A stretch of 63,753 nt of DNA, the filler included, from Octopus bimaculoides (lineage: Eukaryota), in assembly GCF_001194135.2 (NCBI RefSeq). It is 8 parts of 8 records of this genome, joined end to end, with 100 filler letters (N's around TTAATTAATTAA, not from the genome) between each part and the next. Parts side by side here need not be neighbours in the genome. Positions count along the whole stretch, not along the records: positions 1 to 15,025 come from NC_068999.1; positions 15,126 to 40,750 come from NC_068986.1; 6 more parts are not named here. The stretch is one strand, 5' to 3'. Made by a program: the position numbers and the translations under genes. Below, piece after piece: positions 13,068 through 25,242 of the stretch. The notes under the pieces are model-generated. The model did no database searches. It was not told where the DNA came from and saw only the letters and a list, made by a program, of their open reading frames with translations. The stretch's first letter is position 1, and every line of letters begins with the position of its first letter.

Positions 13068-13764
13068 NNNNNNNNNNNNNNNNNNNNNNNNNNNNNNNNN
13101 NNNNNNNNNNNNNNNNNNNNNNNNNNNNNNNNNNNNNNNNNNNNNNNNNNNNNNNNNNNNNNNNNNNNNNNNNNNNNNNNNNNNNNNNNNNNNNNNNNNN
13201 NNNNNNNNNNNNNNNNNNNNNNNNNNNNNNNNNNNNNNNNNNNNNNNNNNNNNNNNNNNNNNNNNNNNNNNNNNNNNNNNNNNNNNNNNNNNNNNNNNNN
13301 NNNNNNNNNNNNNNNNNNNNNNNNNNNNNNNNNNNNNNNNNNNNNNNNNNNNNNNNNNNNNNNNNNNNNNNNNNNNNNNNNNNNNNNNNNNNNNNNNNNN
13401 NNNNNNNNNNNNNNNNNNNNNNNNNNNNNNNNNNNNNNNNNNNNNNNNNNNNNNNNNNNNNNNNNNNNNNNNNNNNNNNNNNNNNNNNNNNNNNNNNNNN
13501 NNNNNNNNNNNNNNNNNNNNNNNNNNNNNNNNNNNNNNNNNNNNNNNNNNNNNNNNNNNNNNNNNNNNNNNNNNNNNNNNNNNNNNNNNNNNNNNNNNNN
13601 NNNNNNNNNNNNNNNNNNNNNNNNNNNNNNNNNNNNNNNNNNNNNNNNNNNNNNNNNNNNNNNNNNNNNNNNNNNNNNNNNNNNNNNNNNNNNNNNNNNN
13701 NNNNNNNNNNNNNNNNNNNNNNNNNNNNNNNNNNNNNNNNNNNNNNNNNNGGTAGCGGGGCAAC

Positions 13765-14150
13765 ATCAACAATATCAAACACAATAACAGCATCATCGTC
13801 ATCATCGTCATCCTCATCATCATCACCATAATCATCATCATCATCATCACCATCATCCTCATCATCATCATCTCGGTTACCATCATTAGCATCTCTATCG
13901 TCCTTACCACCAACAGCATCTCGATTATCATCGTCATTAGCTTCATCATTATAATCAACATCATTAAAATAGTTGTCATCATCGTCATCTTCGTCGTCAT
14001 CACCACCATCAGCATCGCTATCACTATTACCACCATCATCATAGGCAGCACCACCACCATCATTATCACCACCACCATCATCATCATCTTCAACATCACC
14101 ATCATCATCGTCATCGTCATCATCATCATCATTATCTTCACCACCACCAC
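13765..14150. repeat. Degenerate (CAT/CAC)n trinucleotide tract
   Basis: Direct reading; explains the Met-rich minus ORF 12990..14318. Confidence 0.9.
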
Positions 14151-14463
14151 TGTCATACCAGGAATAGCAACAGCAGCCACAAACACATGTACATCAAAAA
14201 CAGTCATCAAATGAAATATTTTAAACATCACTCGTGGTGGAACAACATAAAAACGGTTCATTCTCTCTCTTTCTCTCCCCGGGTGAGATGAAAAGATAAA
14301 ACAGCCTGCTACCCCCAATGAGTTTTGAACTCAGAATCTTCCAGTATCACCAAAAATACATTGATATATTCAGGCCAACAATGAGGTCTCTCTCTATGCC
14401 GTCTCCAACTTCTAGAAATAGTCTTTAAATTACCGTTTTGAATCAAACTTATAAAATGCCACC

Positions 14464-14706
14464 GACAACCAAGAAATCCTGTCTACTGAAGGCGGCCCAA
14501 GGTCTGAAATTTGGCAACAGGGGACAAACAAGGACAGACAAAGGGATTAAGTCGATTACATCGACCCCAGTGCGTAACTGGTACTTAATTTATCCACCTC
14601 GAAAGGATAAAAGGCAAATTCGACCTCGGCGGAATTTGAACGTAGCGACGGGCGAAATACCGCTCAGATTTTCGTCCGGCGTGCTAATGATTCTGCCAGC
14701 TCGCTA
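14464..14706 (-). mobile_element. SINE family B, near full length
   Basis: Reverse complement starts GGTAGCGAGCTGGCAGAATCATTAGCACGCCGG and runs to TTTGTCTGTCCTTGTTTGTCCC. Confidence 0.85.
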
Positions 14707-14761
14707 CCTTTACCTACAAGTAAATAATAATAATAATTATAATAATAATAATCTTTTCTAT

Positions 14762-14965
14762 TATAGGTACAAGGCCTGATATTTAGTGGGAGGGAGCCAG
14801 TCTATTAGATTGACTCCAATACGCAACTGGTATTTTATTCATCGATCCCGAAAGGATGAAAGGCAAAGTCGACCTCGGCGGAATTTAAACTGAGAACGTG
14901 AAGACGGGTGAAATATCGCGAAGTATTTCGTCCGGCATGTTGTCGATTCTGCCAGCTCGCAGCTT
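14762..14965 (-). mobile_element. SINE family B, second tandem copy
   Basis: Homologous to 14464-14706; starts GCTGCGAGCTGGCAGAATCG on the minus strand. Confidence 0.85.
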
Positions 14966-15069
14966 TTTATAATAATAATGATGATGATGATGATGATGAT
15001 AATAATAATAATAATAATAATAATANNNNNNNNNNNNNNNNNNNNNNNNNNNNNNNNNNNNNNNNNNNN

Positions 15070-15081
15070 TTAATTAATTAA
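15070..15081. other. Artificial scaffold linker TTAATTAATTAA in N-runs (also 40795, 49787, 55945, 58148, 60964, 62558)
   Basis: The identical 12-mer, with stops in all six frames, is flanked each time by about 44 N on both sides. Confidence 0.95.
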
Positions 15082-15715
15082 NNNNNNNNNNNNNNNNNNN
15101 NNNNNNNNNNNNNNNNNNNNNNNNNTATATATATCGCACACATGTACGTATGCATGTATATATGTGAATCACGACCTGAGATACTGAAATGTATGTATGT
15201 CTGTGTGTGTGTGTGTGTGTCGGTGTGCGTGTGCATTTGTATTTGAAATCTAAAGGATATAGGATAAGAAGAGTGTTCTGATAATGATTTTTTTTTTTAT
15301 TAAGCGCTACAAAAGGAGTACTTAAAATGTGCTGGTACACGATAGCTTGTATATATGCATGAATGCGTTCTATTGTACATGAGGTGAATTATAGCATTGC
15401 ATGCTCTCTTAACCTGAAACGGTTAACAAAACGTATTTGATCTCGAAATGTGTGGATTACATAAGAGCGTATGTTTTTATTTATACACATAGAAACAGAT
15501 ATACACTTCTAATTTGAACGTAATATGAAGAACGTTTGGCAATATATTTTGCAAAACTTAACATTCACAGGCGCAGAGACTTCTAAATTATGATAACTCC
15601 TCAGCGCCGACTTCCAAACAAATACTAAACACACTTGGATTACATCATATTGCCTGTCTTACTACTTCCGTGACCAGGAATAATGTCACAGGGAGAAAAA
15701 TCAGAATTAATTTAT

Positions 15716-15780
15716 GGGATCCGGACAAAACACCCCTAGGACAAAACGCCCTCAGACAAAGCATCCCCGGACAAAAACCT
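15716..15780 (+). repeat. Four ~16-bp GGACAAAANNCCC units, possible Mutator-like subterminal repeats
   Basis: CGGACAAAACACCCC TAGGACAAAACGCCCT CAGACAAAGCATCCCC GGACAAAAACC; the MULE assignment is inference. Confidence 0.45.
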
Positions 15781-16664
15781 TGTGACTTCGTTTCCTGTGA
15801 CCTTATTACCGTGACTCTTGTTTACCTGGAATCACAAATTCAACTTGTTATCTGGTCAGTACAGAAACACCTTTTAATCAATTAATATGAAGCAATGATC
15901 TCCAAGTAAAATGCGAAGGATATACTTAGAGTGCTGTCATTTTATTGTTACAGCTCTCGTCTCAAATTGGTGTAGTCTGAAAGACGAATCGCGAGACAAA
16001 CAGTTTTTAAACGTATCAACATGATGATAAGCGTTCTATNNNNNNNNNNNNNNNNNNNNNNNNNNNNNNNNNNNNNNNNNNNNNNNNNNNNNNNNNNNNN
16101 NNNNNNNNNNNNNNNNNNNNNNNNNNNNNNNNNNNNNNNNNNNNNNNNNNNNNNNNNNNNNNNNNNNNNNNNNNNNNNNNNNNNNNNNNNNNNNNNNNNN
16201 NNNNNNNNNNNNNNNNNNNNNNNNNNNNNNNNNNNNNNNNNNNNNNNNNNNNNNNNNNNNNNNNNNNNNNNNNNNNNNNNNNNNNNNNNNNNNNNNNNNN
16301 NNNNNNNNNNNNNNNNNNNNNNNNNNNNNNNNNNNNNNNNNNNNNNNNNNNNNNNNNNNNNNNNNNNNNNNNNNNNNNNNNNNNNNNNNNNNNNNNNNNN
16401 NNNNNNNNNNNNNNNNNNNNNNNNNNNNNNNNNNNNNNNNNNNNNNNNNNNNNNNNNNNNNNNNNNNNNNNNNNNNNNNNNNNNNNNNNNNNNNNNNNNN
16501 NNNNNNNNNNNNNNNNNNNNNNNNNNNNNNNNNNNNNNNNNNNNNNNNNNNNNNNNNNNNNNNNNNNNNNNNNNNNNNNNNNNNNNNNNNNNNNNNNNNN
16601 NNNNNNNNNNNNNNNNNNNNNNNNNNNNNNNNNNNNNNNNNNNTATATATCGGGGTACTCCAAC

Positions 16665-17025
16665 GGTTACCACGACGAGGGTTCCAGTTGATCCGATCAA
16701 CGAAACAGCCTGCTCGTAAAGTTAACGTGCAAGTGGCTGAGCACTCCACAGACAGGTGCACCCTTAACGTATTTCTCGGGGAGCTTCAGCGTGACAAAGT
16801 GTGTGACAAAGCACCAAGGCTGGCCCTTTGAAATACAGGTAGAACAGAAACAGGAAGAAAGAGTGAGATAAAGTTGTGGTGAAAGAATACAGCAGAATTC
16901 ACCACCACCTCTTATCAGAGCCTCATGGATCTTTAAGTTTTCGCTCAATAAACACTCACAACGCCCGTTTGTGAATCGAACCGCAATCCTATGACCGTGA
17001 GTTCGCTGCCCATCCAATGCAACTA
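16665..17025 (-). mobile_element. tRNA-derived SINE family C
   Basis: GGGTTCCAGTTGATCCGATCAACG...CACGTGTACCCTTAACG-type core shared with 46020 and 61020; tRNA-like head at the right end. Confidence 0.85.
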
Positions 17026-19394
17026 CACGCACACACATACATATATATAAGCATATATACATATATATCGAGAGATACATGCATAAACATGTAAGCACAG
17101 CTAGATTAGTATATACATATATATCGAGAGATACATGCATNNNNNNNNNNNNNNNNNNNNNNNNNNNNNNNNNNNNNNNNNNNNNNNNNNNNNNNNNNNN
17201 NNNNNNNNNNNNNNNNNNNNNNNNNNNNNNNNNNNNNNNNNNNNNNNNNNNNNNNNNNNNNNNNNNNNNNNNNNNNNNNNNNNNNNNNNNNNNNNNNNNN
17301 NNNNNNNNNNNNNNNNNNNNNNNNNNNNNNNNNNNNNNNNNNNNNNNNNNNNNNNNNNNNNNNNNNNNNNNNNNNNNNNNNNNNNNNNNNNNNNNNNNNN
17401 NNNNNNNNNNNNNNNNNNNNNNNNNNNNNNNNNNNNNNNNNNNNNNNNNNNNNNNNNNNNNNNNNNNNNNNNNNNNNNNNNNNNNNNNNNNNNNNNNNNN
17501 NNNNNNNNNNNNNNNNNNNNNNNNNNNNNNNNNNNNNNNNNNNNNNNNNNNNNNNNNNNNNNNNNNNNNNNNNNNNNNNNNNNNNNNNNNNNNNNNNNNN
17601 NNNNNNNNNNNNNNNNNNNNNNNNNNNNNNNNNNNNNNNNNNNNNNNNNNNNNNNNNNNNNNNNNNNNNNNNNNNNNNNNNNNNNNNNNNNNNNNNNNNN
17701 NNNNNNNNNNNNNNNNNNNNNNNNNNNNNNNNNNNNNNNNNNNNNNNNNNNNNNNNNNNNNNNNNNNNNNNNNNNNNNNNNNNNNNNNNNNNNNNNNNNN
17801 NNNNNNNNNNNNNNNNNNNNNNNNNNNNNNNNNNNNNNNNNNNNNNNNNNNNNNNNNNNNNNNNNNNNNNNNNNNNNNNNNNNNNNNNNNNNNNNNNNNN
17901 NNNNNNNNNNNNNNNNNNNNNNNNNNNNNNNNNNNNNNNNNNNNNNNNNNNNNNNNNNNNNNNNNNNNNNNNNNNNNNNNNNNNNNNNNNNNNNNNNNNN
18001 NNNNNNNNNNNNNNNNNNNNNNNNNNNNNNNNNNNNNNNNNNNNNNNNNNNNNNNNNNNNNNNNNNNNNNNNNNNNNNNNNNNNNNNNNNNNNNNNNNNN
18101 NNNNNNNNNNNNNNNNNTGTGTGTGTGTGTGTGTGTGTATGTATTTCTATGCAGATACATATATGTATATATTTATATATATATATATATAATCAATATG
18201 TAATCTGTCACGTAGGCATACATGTTGAGGCTCACCCAAGTTTTTTTTTTATGTGCACGTTGTATAGAAAATTCTACCCGATACTGAAGAAATGTTGATA
18301 AGCATCGTTTGCTACTATTCTTCTAACATAGAATGCAAGTAATTAAACACCAACTTCTTGCTTATTTGAACATATGTTTCAGTGTAGCATGAAATCTATC
18401 GTATAACTTGTTTTGCACATGATCTGTGCTCGCACAGGTTATGTATCTTTGGGTTTGTGTGTTTGCAAACTGAAGGCCGATAACACTCAAACAAAAAATG
18501 TAAAAGCAAACATCAATTACCTAACTTGAATGAAGCGACTGACAGAAACCTAACAAGGATAATCTTCCTTACGCTTATATTTATATTCATTTCGAAACTC
18601 GACTTACAAACGTTGGCTTACTTCTTCCTGTTTTGTTCTTCTTCTCTATTCCCTCATTTTCTTTTCTTTCTTCCTCTTCACATTTTTCTGATTTTCTCCT
18701 TTGTATTCTGCTCCTTTATTCCACAAACCCTTAATTCTGCTGACAATATTAAAGAACAAGAAAGTATATTCTCTTCTTTCTATGCCAGGAATATATTATA
18801 TTATACAAACTGTAGCTTGCTACTACACTGCAACATCCAAAGCGTAAACAAATAAATGAATTAAAAGTATGAAAATTTTAAAAAAAGAAACAAAAACAGG
18901 GCTAATGAACCGAATCCTGAAATTAGCCTTCTACTTTGTCATTGCAAAAATATTTACCTTTAGGTATCTGCATTGTGTGCTGAATCTTCAGCTAATAACC
19001 TCGGCCGTGCCACTGGTAGGAGCATGGCTGTTTTGTTAAGAAATACATTTGACAACCATGCAGTTTCGGTTTAAGTCCCAGTATATCGTAATTGAGCTCT
19101 GGGCTAACCAATGATTTGTGAAGGAATTTGGTGAACGAATAGTTAGTTTATAGAACGCCGTCATGCACACGCACACGTGCACACATTTATATACAAGCGC
19201 CGCTTGACGACCGCTGTCATTCTGTTTACGTCTCCGTAACATATTGTCCCATGAAAAGTGACCGATAAAATTTATAAAATTTCTTATTTGGGTCGATCCT
19301 GCCATTCATAATTTAATGTTATGACGCATTCACATAAAAGAAAAATCATTCATATATGTATGTGCCTGTATGTATAAATGTATACGTATATATG

Positions 19395-19435
<41 letters not shown>

Positions 19436-19437
19436 CC

Positions 19438-19468
<31 letters not shown>

Positions 19469-19507
19469 ACACACTCATATGCATTTGTACATTATAAAGG
19501 CTCGTTG

Positions 19508-19770
19508 CTATGAAGGCGCGTTGCTTATTGGTTGGGGTATTCGGCTCATGTGTTGTGTCCTTGAGTAAGACATTTTATTTCACGTTGCTCCAGTCTACTC
19601 AGCTGGTAAAAAAAGTGACGTACCTGTTTTTCAAAGGGCGAACCTGGTCACATTCTGTGTTACGCTGTATCTCCCTGAGAAGTACGTTAAGGGTACACTT
19701 GCACGTTAATTTCCCGTGCAGATTGCTCCGTTGATCGAATTAGCTGGAATCCTCGTCGTCGTAACCAACA
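19508..19770 (+). mobile_element. SINE sharing the family C core and 3' tail, with a different head
   Basis: ACGTTAAGGGTACACTTGCACGTTAATTT...GGAATCCTCGTCGTCGTAACC matches the family C tail. Confidence 0.7.
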
Positions 19771-19879
19771 TACGTGATGTATGTACTTTTCATTGATTGT
19801 GTCTCTACGTGTTTGCTACACTCTATCAGATCACTACCTTGTTTGGTAGAATAATCGTTTCTATTGTAGGCACAAAGCG

Positions 19880-20085
19880 TGAAATTGGGGAAAGAGGTAT
19901 AGTCGATTAGATCGAACCCACTACTTGACTGGTACTTAATTTTTCGAATCCGAAAGATGAAGGGCAAAGACAACCGCGGCAAAATTTGAACTCAATGTTT
20001 CGGAGTCGATAAAATAAGTACCAATTGAGCACTGAGGACGACTTAATCCCCACTCCTGATCTTGTGTCAAATTTGAAGCCAATAT
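19880..20085. mobile_element. Inverted pair of SINE family B fragments
   Basis: Minus fragment 19880-19994 abuts plus fragment 19999-20085; both carry TTCGGA(G/T)TCGA...AAGTACCA. Confidence 0.7.
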
Positions 20086-20535
20086 TGCCTTTGGACATTT
20101 GACATAAGCCCAGCAAGTTCAGAAGGGTAAAGGAGTCGATTACATCTAACCAAATAATTCAATTTCAAAAAAATTCAGCATTTTAGGTGTTTTCCGTTGA
20201 AAAATATCGTACATTTTATGAAAGCTTCGTAGACATTTAAATCAGTTATATCTTACTATTATATATATTTCCGACTATTTAATTTATTAATATCATCACG
20301 TAAAAACATACAAAGTATGTTTGGTGTCCAGACATTTGGTTTTGTTAGTCGTCATATTTCAAATAATGAATGTAACGGAAACGAAGATAATACGAAAATA
20401 AACTTGTGTAGTCTTTAATAGTATAGACGCACAAATATAATCAAAGAGCAACAATTTTCATAAGAATGAAACAGGAGATTGGTGCAATTAGAATCTGATG
20501 AGGTAATGATGTAATAGTGTCTAAATCTCTATCTC

Positions 20536-20587
<52 letters not shown>

Positions 20588-22524
20588 NNNNNNNNNNNNN
20601 NNNNNNNNNNNNNNNNNNNNNNNNNNNNNNNNNNNNNNNNNNNNNNNNNNNNNNNNNNNNNNNNNNNNNNNNNNNNNNNNNNNNNNNNNNNNNNNNNNNN
20701 NNNNNNNNNNNNNNNNNNNNNNNNNNNNNNNNNNNNNNNNNNNNNNNNNNNNNNNNNNNNNNNNNNNNNNNNNNNNNNNNNNNNNNNNNNNNNNNNNNNN
20801 NNNNNNNNNNNNNNNNNNNNNNNNNNNNNNNNNNNNNNNNNNNNNNNNNNNNNNNNNNNNNNNNNNNNNNNNNNNNNNNNNNNNNNNNNNNNNNNNNNNN
20901 NNNNNNNNNNNNNNNNNNNNNNNNNNNNNNNNNNNNNNNNNNNNNNNNNNNNNNNNNNNNNNNNNNNNNNNNNNNNNNNNNNNNNNNNNNNNNNNNNNNN
21001 NNNNNNNNNNNNNNTGTATGTATGTATGTATGTACATATGTATGTGTACACTCACGTACACGCTTGCATACACATATATTTGTAAACACCTACGATTTCA
21101 CACGAAGGTATTTATATCCACAAGTACCCAAGTTCTTCTTGATATATTTACACATATAATAAACTTACATTATATTCTATAAATACACACATACATTCAT
21201 ATACGGAAACTAGTATAGAAGCAATGCTACAAAATTCACAAGCCCATACATGCACATACACAGATTGAAATAACAAATACATAGACAAATCGCATAACCA
21301 CAAAGTTTATAAATACATTAGCAGAGTGTGAAAGAAAAAAAAAAACATACTCTTGAAGGATTGCTACAGTGAATTATGTAAGTTTATTTTCTCATGAAAC
21401 GTTTATCAGAAATGACAACTTGATAAATGATATAATATGCAATAATGAAATTTCAAACTTTTACCAATATAGTAGTGAATGTAATGGAATTTTCTTTAGC
21501 ATATTTTTTAATAGAATGATCTTTTACTGAAATACTATACTGGTTTTACTCAGCAAAACCCGATTTCAAAAACTTTAGACCAAGTAACAACATTTTCTAT
21601 AGATATATTTTAAACGTGCGTGTGATATTGTTCTAATTCTTGTATTTGTGGCTATTATTGTCGTTGTAATTATTCATTATTCCATGTAGATCTACGATCA
21701 AAAGTTTTGCAGCCGTCAGCTACTTTTCTCCTCTTGGGATGTATCACATTTGAAACTCGAATACCCATCGTACCCTTCAGCATCATTGTTGTTGTCGTTG
21801 CTATTATATTTCTTTTTTTTTTTTTTTTCTAGCTGGAAGGGAGCTGCGATGAAAGACATTTCCGCCGTAAATGTCAGTGTTACTTTTTAAACGAAGTTTT
21901 ATCTAGGACATGTTTGATGTTCTTTCTATTGTTACAAGTTTTCTTCTGCCCAAGTAATCTTTTTTTGTATTAAAACTTTGATACTTATAGGCGCTGAATT
22001 AATGGTTTGTATTAATTTTCTTTCACAAATCATCGATCAAAGGTGATTCGGCAGTGATGATAGAGTATCCTCTTCCGGAATAAATTATCCATTGTGTCCT
22101 TAGATTTTCATTTTGAAAGATACACTAGCAGGGAGAGCTGTTTGCTTATCTAGCCCGTATTTGGTGAGTGGTTGAGTGTTGTTCATTGTCGTTTTTGAAT
22201 TTTCTAATTCAAAGCATTGTACAAGTGTTAGTGATTGCCGGGGCCTTTGATAAACCAGGAGCACCACCATATCGCCTGAAAATATAAGTCAGTTGATCCG
22301 ACGCCCACTGATTACAATACCATTACCCTAATGGCTGCACATGTGAAACAAATCATTAAAATATGAAGAGGTGACAATAGGCATCAGAGGGTTTTGATTC
22401 GGACAGAACGGACGTGTGATAAGAATATCGGTGGAAAGTGTTGCAAGACGGATTTTTCCAGCTGAGCCAACAGGCAAGATACCTACTGTGGTAGCTATCT
22501 TGAGCTACAGTAGGTAGCTCAAGG

Positions 22525-22738
22525 TTTGATGAAAATGTTTTATGAAAATGTTTGATGAAAATTTTTGATGAAATTTTGAGTGAAAACTTTGATGAAAATG
22601 TTTGAAGAAATTTTCGATGAAAATGTTTAATGAAAATGTTTGATGAAAATTTTTGATGAAATTTTGAGTGAAAATTTTGAGTGAAAATTTTGATGAAAAT
22701 TTTTGAAGAAATTTTCGATGAAAGTGTTTGAAAATGTT
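22525..22738. repeat. 12-13-bp minisatellite (TTTGATGAAAATG) with a ~7-monomer higher-order repeat
   Basis: About 17 monomers; variant monomers (TTGAGTGAAAA, TTTGAAGAAATT, TTCGATGAAA) recur in the same order. Confidence 0.9.
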
Positions 22739-22900
22739 AGAATAATATCCTGTCTCAGTTGGTCAATGCTGTAGTATTGAGCAGAATATTTGCTGTAGCC
22801 CATCTTTTATACCAAGACGAAACAATGTACATGATAACACTTCCAATCAATTAAGATCAGAAGCCATGAGAACCACTGCCTGATACTGCATTAGGGCATC

Positions 22901-22932
<32 letters not shown>

Positions 22933-22936
<4 letters not shown>

Positions 22937-23005
22937 TCACTGCCTGGAATCGAACAGGGAATCTTGGGGTTAGTAGCCCGTGCTTTTGACCACTACGCCA
23001 TATGC
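22933..23005 (-). ncRNA. tRNA-like Pol III head (A and B box), same family as 10319
   Basis: Minus strand GCATATGGCGTAGTGGTCAAAAGCACGGGCTACTAACCCCAAGATTCCCTGTTCGATTCCAGGCAGTGACCTG; not a canonical cloverleaf tRNA. Confidence 0.75.
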
Positions 23006-23037
23006 TCGTGGGCAATTATAGAGTGAATCTTAGGGGC

Positions 23038-23244
23038 TTATAAATCTAATATTTTCCTATCGTTCTTTAACACCGCTTCCCATATGCACCTCATATCTGC
23101 ACTCGGTCTGCTTAGGAGATTGTTGTGTCTTAGCATATGTGCTGCTGCTTTTTGTTTGCGTATTTTCCAGTGGTGTTCTCTGTCTATTATTTTAACTTGT
23201 CCCATTGTCCCACAGAGTGAGTCGGTCTCCATTTTTCCATACAT
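23038..23244 (-). mobile_element. Penelope-like element GIY-YIG endonuclease C-terminal remnant
   Basis: VKIIDREHHWKIRKQKAAAHMLRHNNLLSRPSADMRCIWEAVL resembles the PLE VKILDRE..W..RK.KEA.HI....LLNR....L..IW motif. Confidence 0.7.
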
Positions 23245-23292
23245 GATGAGCTATACGTTAGGGATGAGAACCCAGGTTCGAAATTTCCCCAA

Positions 23293-23338
23293 AACACCTA
23301 ATGAAGGCTAGTGGGCATATCAGCCGAAACGTTGTGTT
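23293..23338 (+). ncRNA. Minimal type-I hammerhead motif (family A copy 2, G5A core change)
   Basis: AACAC-CTAATGA-A-GGCT...AGCC-GAAA-CGTT-GTGTT; perfect 5-bp stem I. Confidence 0.7.
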
Positions 23339-25242
23339 AACAACAAACAAGATAAGGACAAATATCCGTCAAATGTAAATAATGTAAATAATGTATGATT
23401 TCATTTGTTATTATGATTTACAGACGTTGAGGAGTGCCTCTGTGGTGGTTACTATACTCTTCTTTTTCCTGAATGCAGCGTTCTTAACTACCTTTCTTCG
23501 TAATGCTGCTACTGCTGTTTTCATTTTAAAGTAGTCGATTTGAGATCCTCTGTTATTTTAACTTTGGTTTTGTGCAGAAAGCATATTGATATTTACCACC
23601 GACACATGTTTGACATCCGAATATCCCACATTTTGAACCCATATCTTAGAAATATCAGGACATAGATATTATCCATGCTTTCTGTATTAAGCTGCATTGG
23701 GTTTTCAACATCCTTTCCCTCGGCGTATTCTATGTTTAAACATTTTACATAGCAAGAGAACCCATTTCATCTAAACTAAATCATGCCATCAACTGTTCAA
23801 CTCAGACTGCTTTTCACCAGTTTTAACTTCATCACTCTCCTACACATAAATATTGAAAGAAAGATAAATTCTTGATTTCTAATTAAAGGAATAGCGTGCT
23901 TTCGTACGCGGGATTCTTAAAAGTGTCTCATTCTCACCGCCCGATATCGCCAACTATTATTTATGAACTCACTTTCGTACATACAAAGACTGTATATGTA
24001 CAATAATTCAGTTTCTGAAGTCGTTGCTCTCAGAATGTTTTATTATAATTCGAAATTAAAGAAAAGGAAAATAGCAATTCAATCGTTTACTTATCTTGAG
24101 AGGAAGGATTTGTCAGGGAAATAAATTTATTTCTTCACGTTATTCATCTATCTCGTTATGGAACAGCTAAAGAATAGGCTTAATGAAACAATGGTTATGC
24201 TCCAGGTAATCTAAATTTAATGTAATTCCATTGTCTTAGAAAAAGATCTATAAACAGGAAACAAATCTTTTGTAAAGAAGCCGATAAAATTCTTGAAAGT
24301 GATATTAAAATGAGTGTGGCATTGGGCAAACAACACGCCAAATGTATTGTAAAATTCTCAAATTAATTAAAATTCAAGATACAATTTTAAATTTAGACAT
24401 CTAATTCAGACAAAAATAATAGAATAGTTATTACAAATATTTTGGAATGAAACTGTTAATATATCTGTTAAAATATGAAATTGAAAAGGAAAAGTAAAAA
24501 TGTATACTAGAATAGAATCAGACTCACTTTAAAAAGGAATTCAATTGCAGAAATAAGATTTACAACTTAAATAGCGTTTACATACATTAACTATCGCAAT
24601 GATGTTGCTACGAAATATAATGGGAAAGTAATGAATTACATAAACAAGTGATATTAATATCGATAGATCAGCTTGAATTAAAATTGTCATTGCTAACATT
24701 TTGGTTTGTTACCAGTGCCTTCTGAAAGGCACACTCAGTATGCCGTTGCTGCTATAAAGCTTTGCGAACTGCAGAGTTAAGTTGATTGTGAGCAGGTCCA
24801 GTTACCGCTGTCGGATGTTACTCTCCGCGCAGCTTGTCTCTTTGACAGAACTACAGTCATGGATATGGGGCATGGTATCTGTAAATTCATCAGGTGCTCA
24901 TAGATATCTAGTGGACGAGCAGTGCAAATGTTTTAAATGTTCTTTGCCTCTACAGAAAATACTTTTGATGGGTATGAATGATGACATTCTCGAGTAAAGA
25001 AATGCGAAGAAATGTCTCGAGGGGAGTTTTCTTTCCGGATTCTACAATGTATAACTTACACTGAATTGTGGCATAGAGGTGTTACCTAGGAGCACAATTG
25101 GTTCGAGATTTACTCTAGATTTGCCACAGACACTTTCAAGATCTCAGCTTAGGTTGTCGTTAACCTCTCATCCACAATATGCTGATGTATAAATTCGGCA
25201 CTGTGACGTAACGTTAACTTATAATTTCGAGAGATAACGCAG

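Noticed and set aside
15716-15780. CRISPR-like repeat-spacer array (also considered for 47498-47976)
   Set aside because: Eukaryotic context, degenerate repeats, no regular unique spacers, no cas genes.
21831-21870. Plus-strand exon after a T-rich CTAG acceptor (LEGSCDERHFR)
   Set aside because: Only a poly-T tract supports it; no homology and a weak donor.
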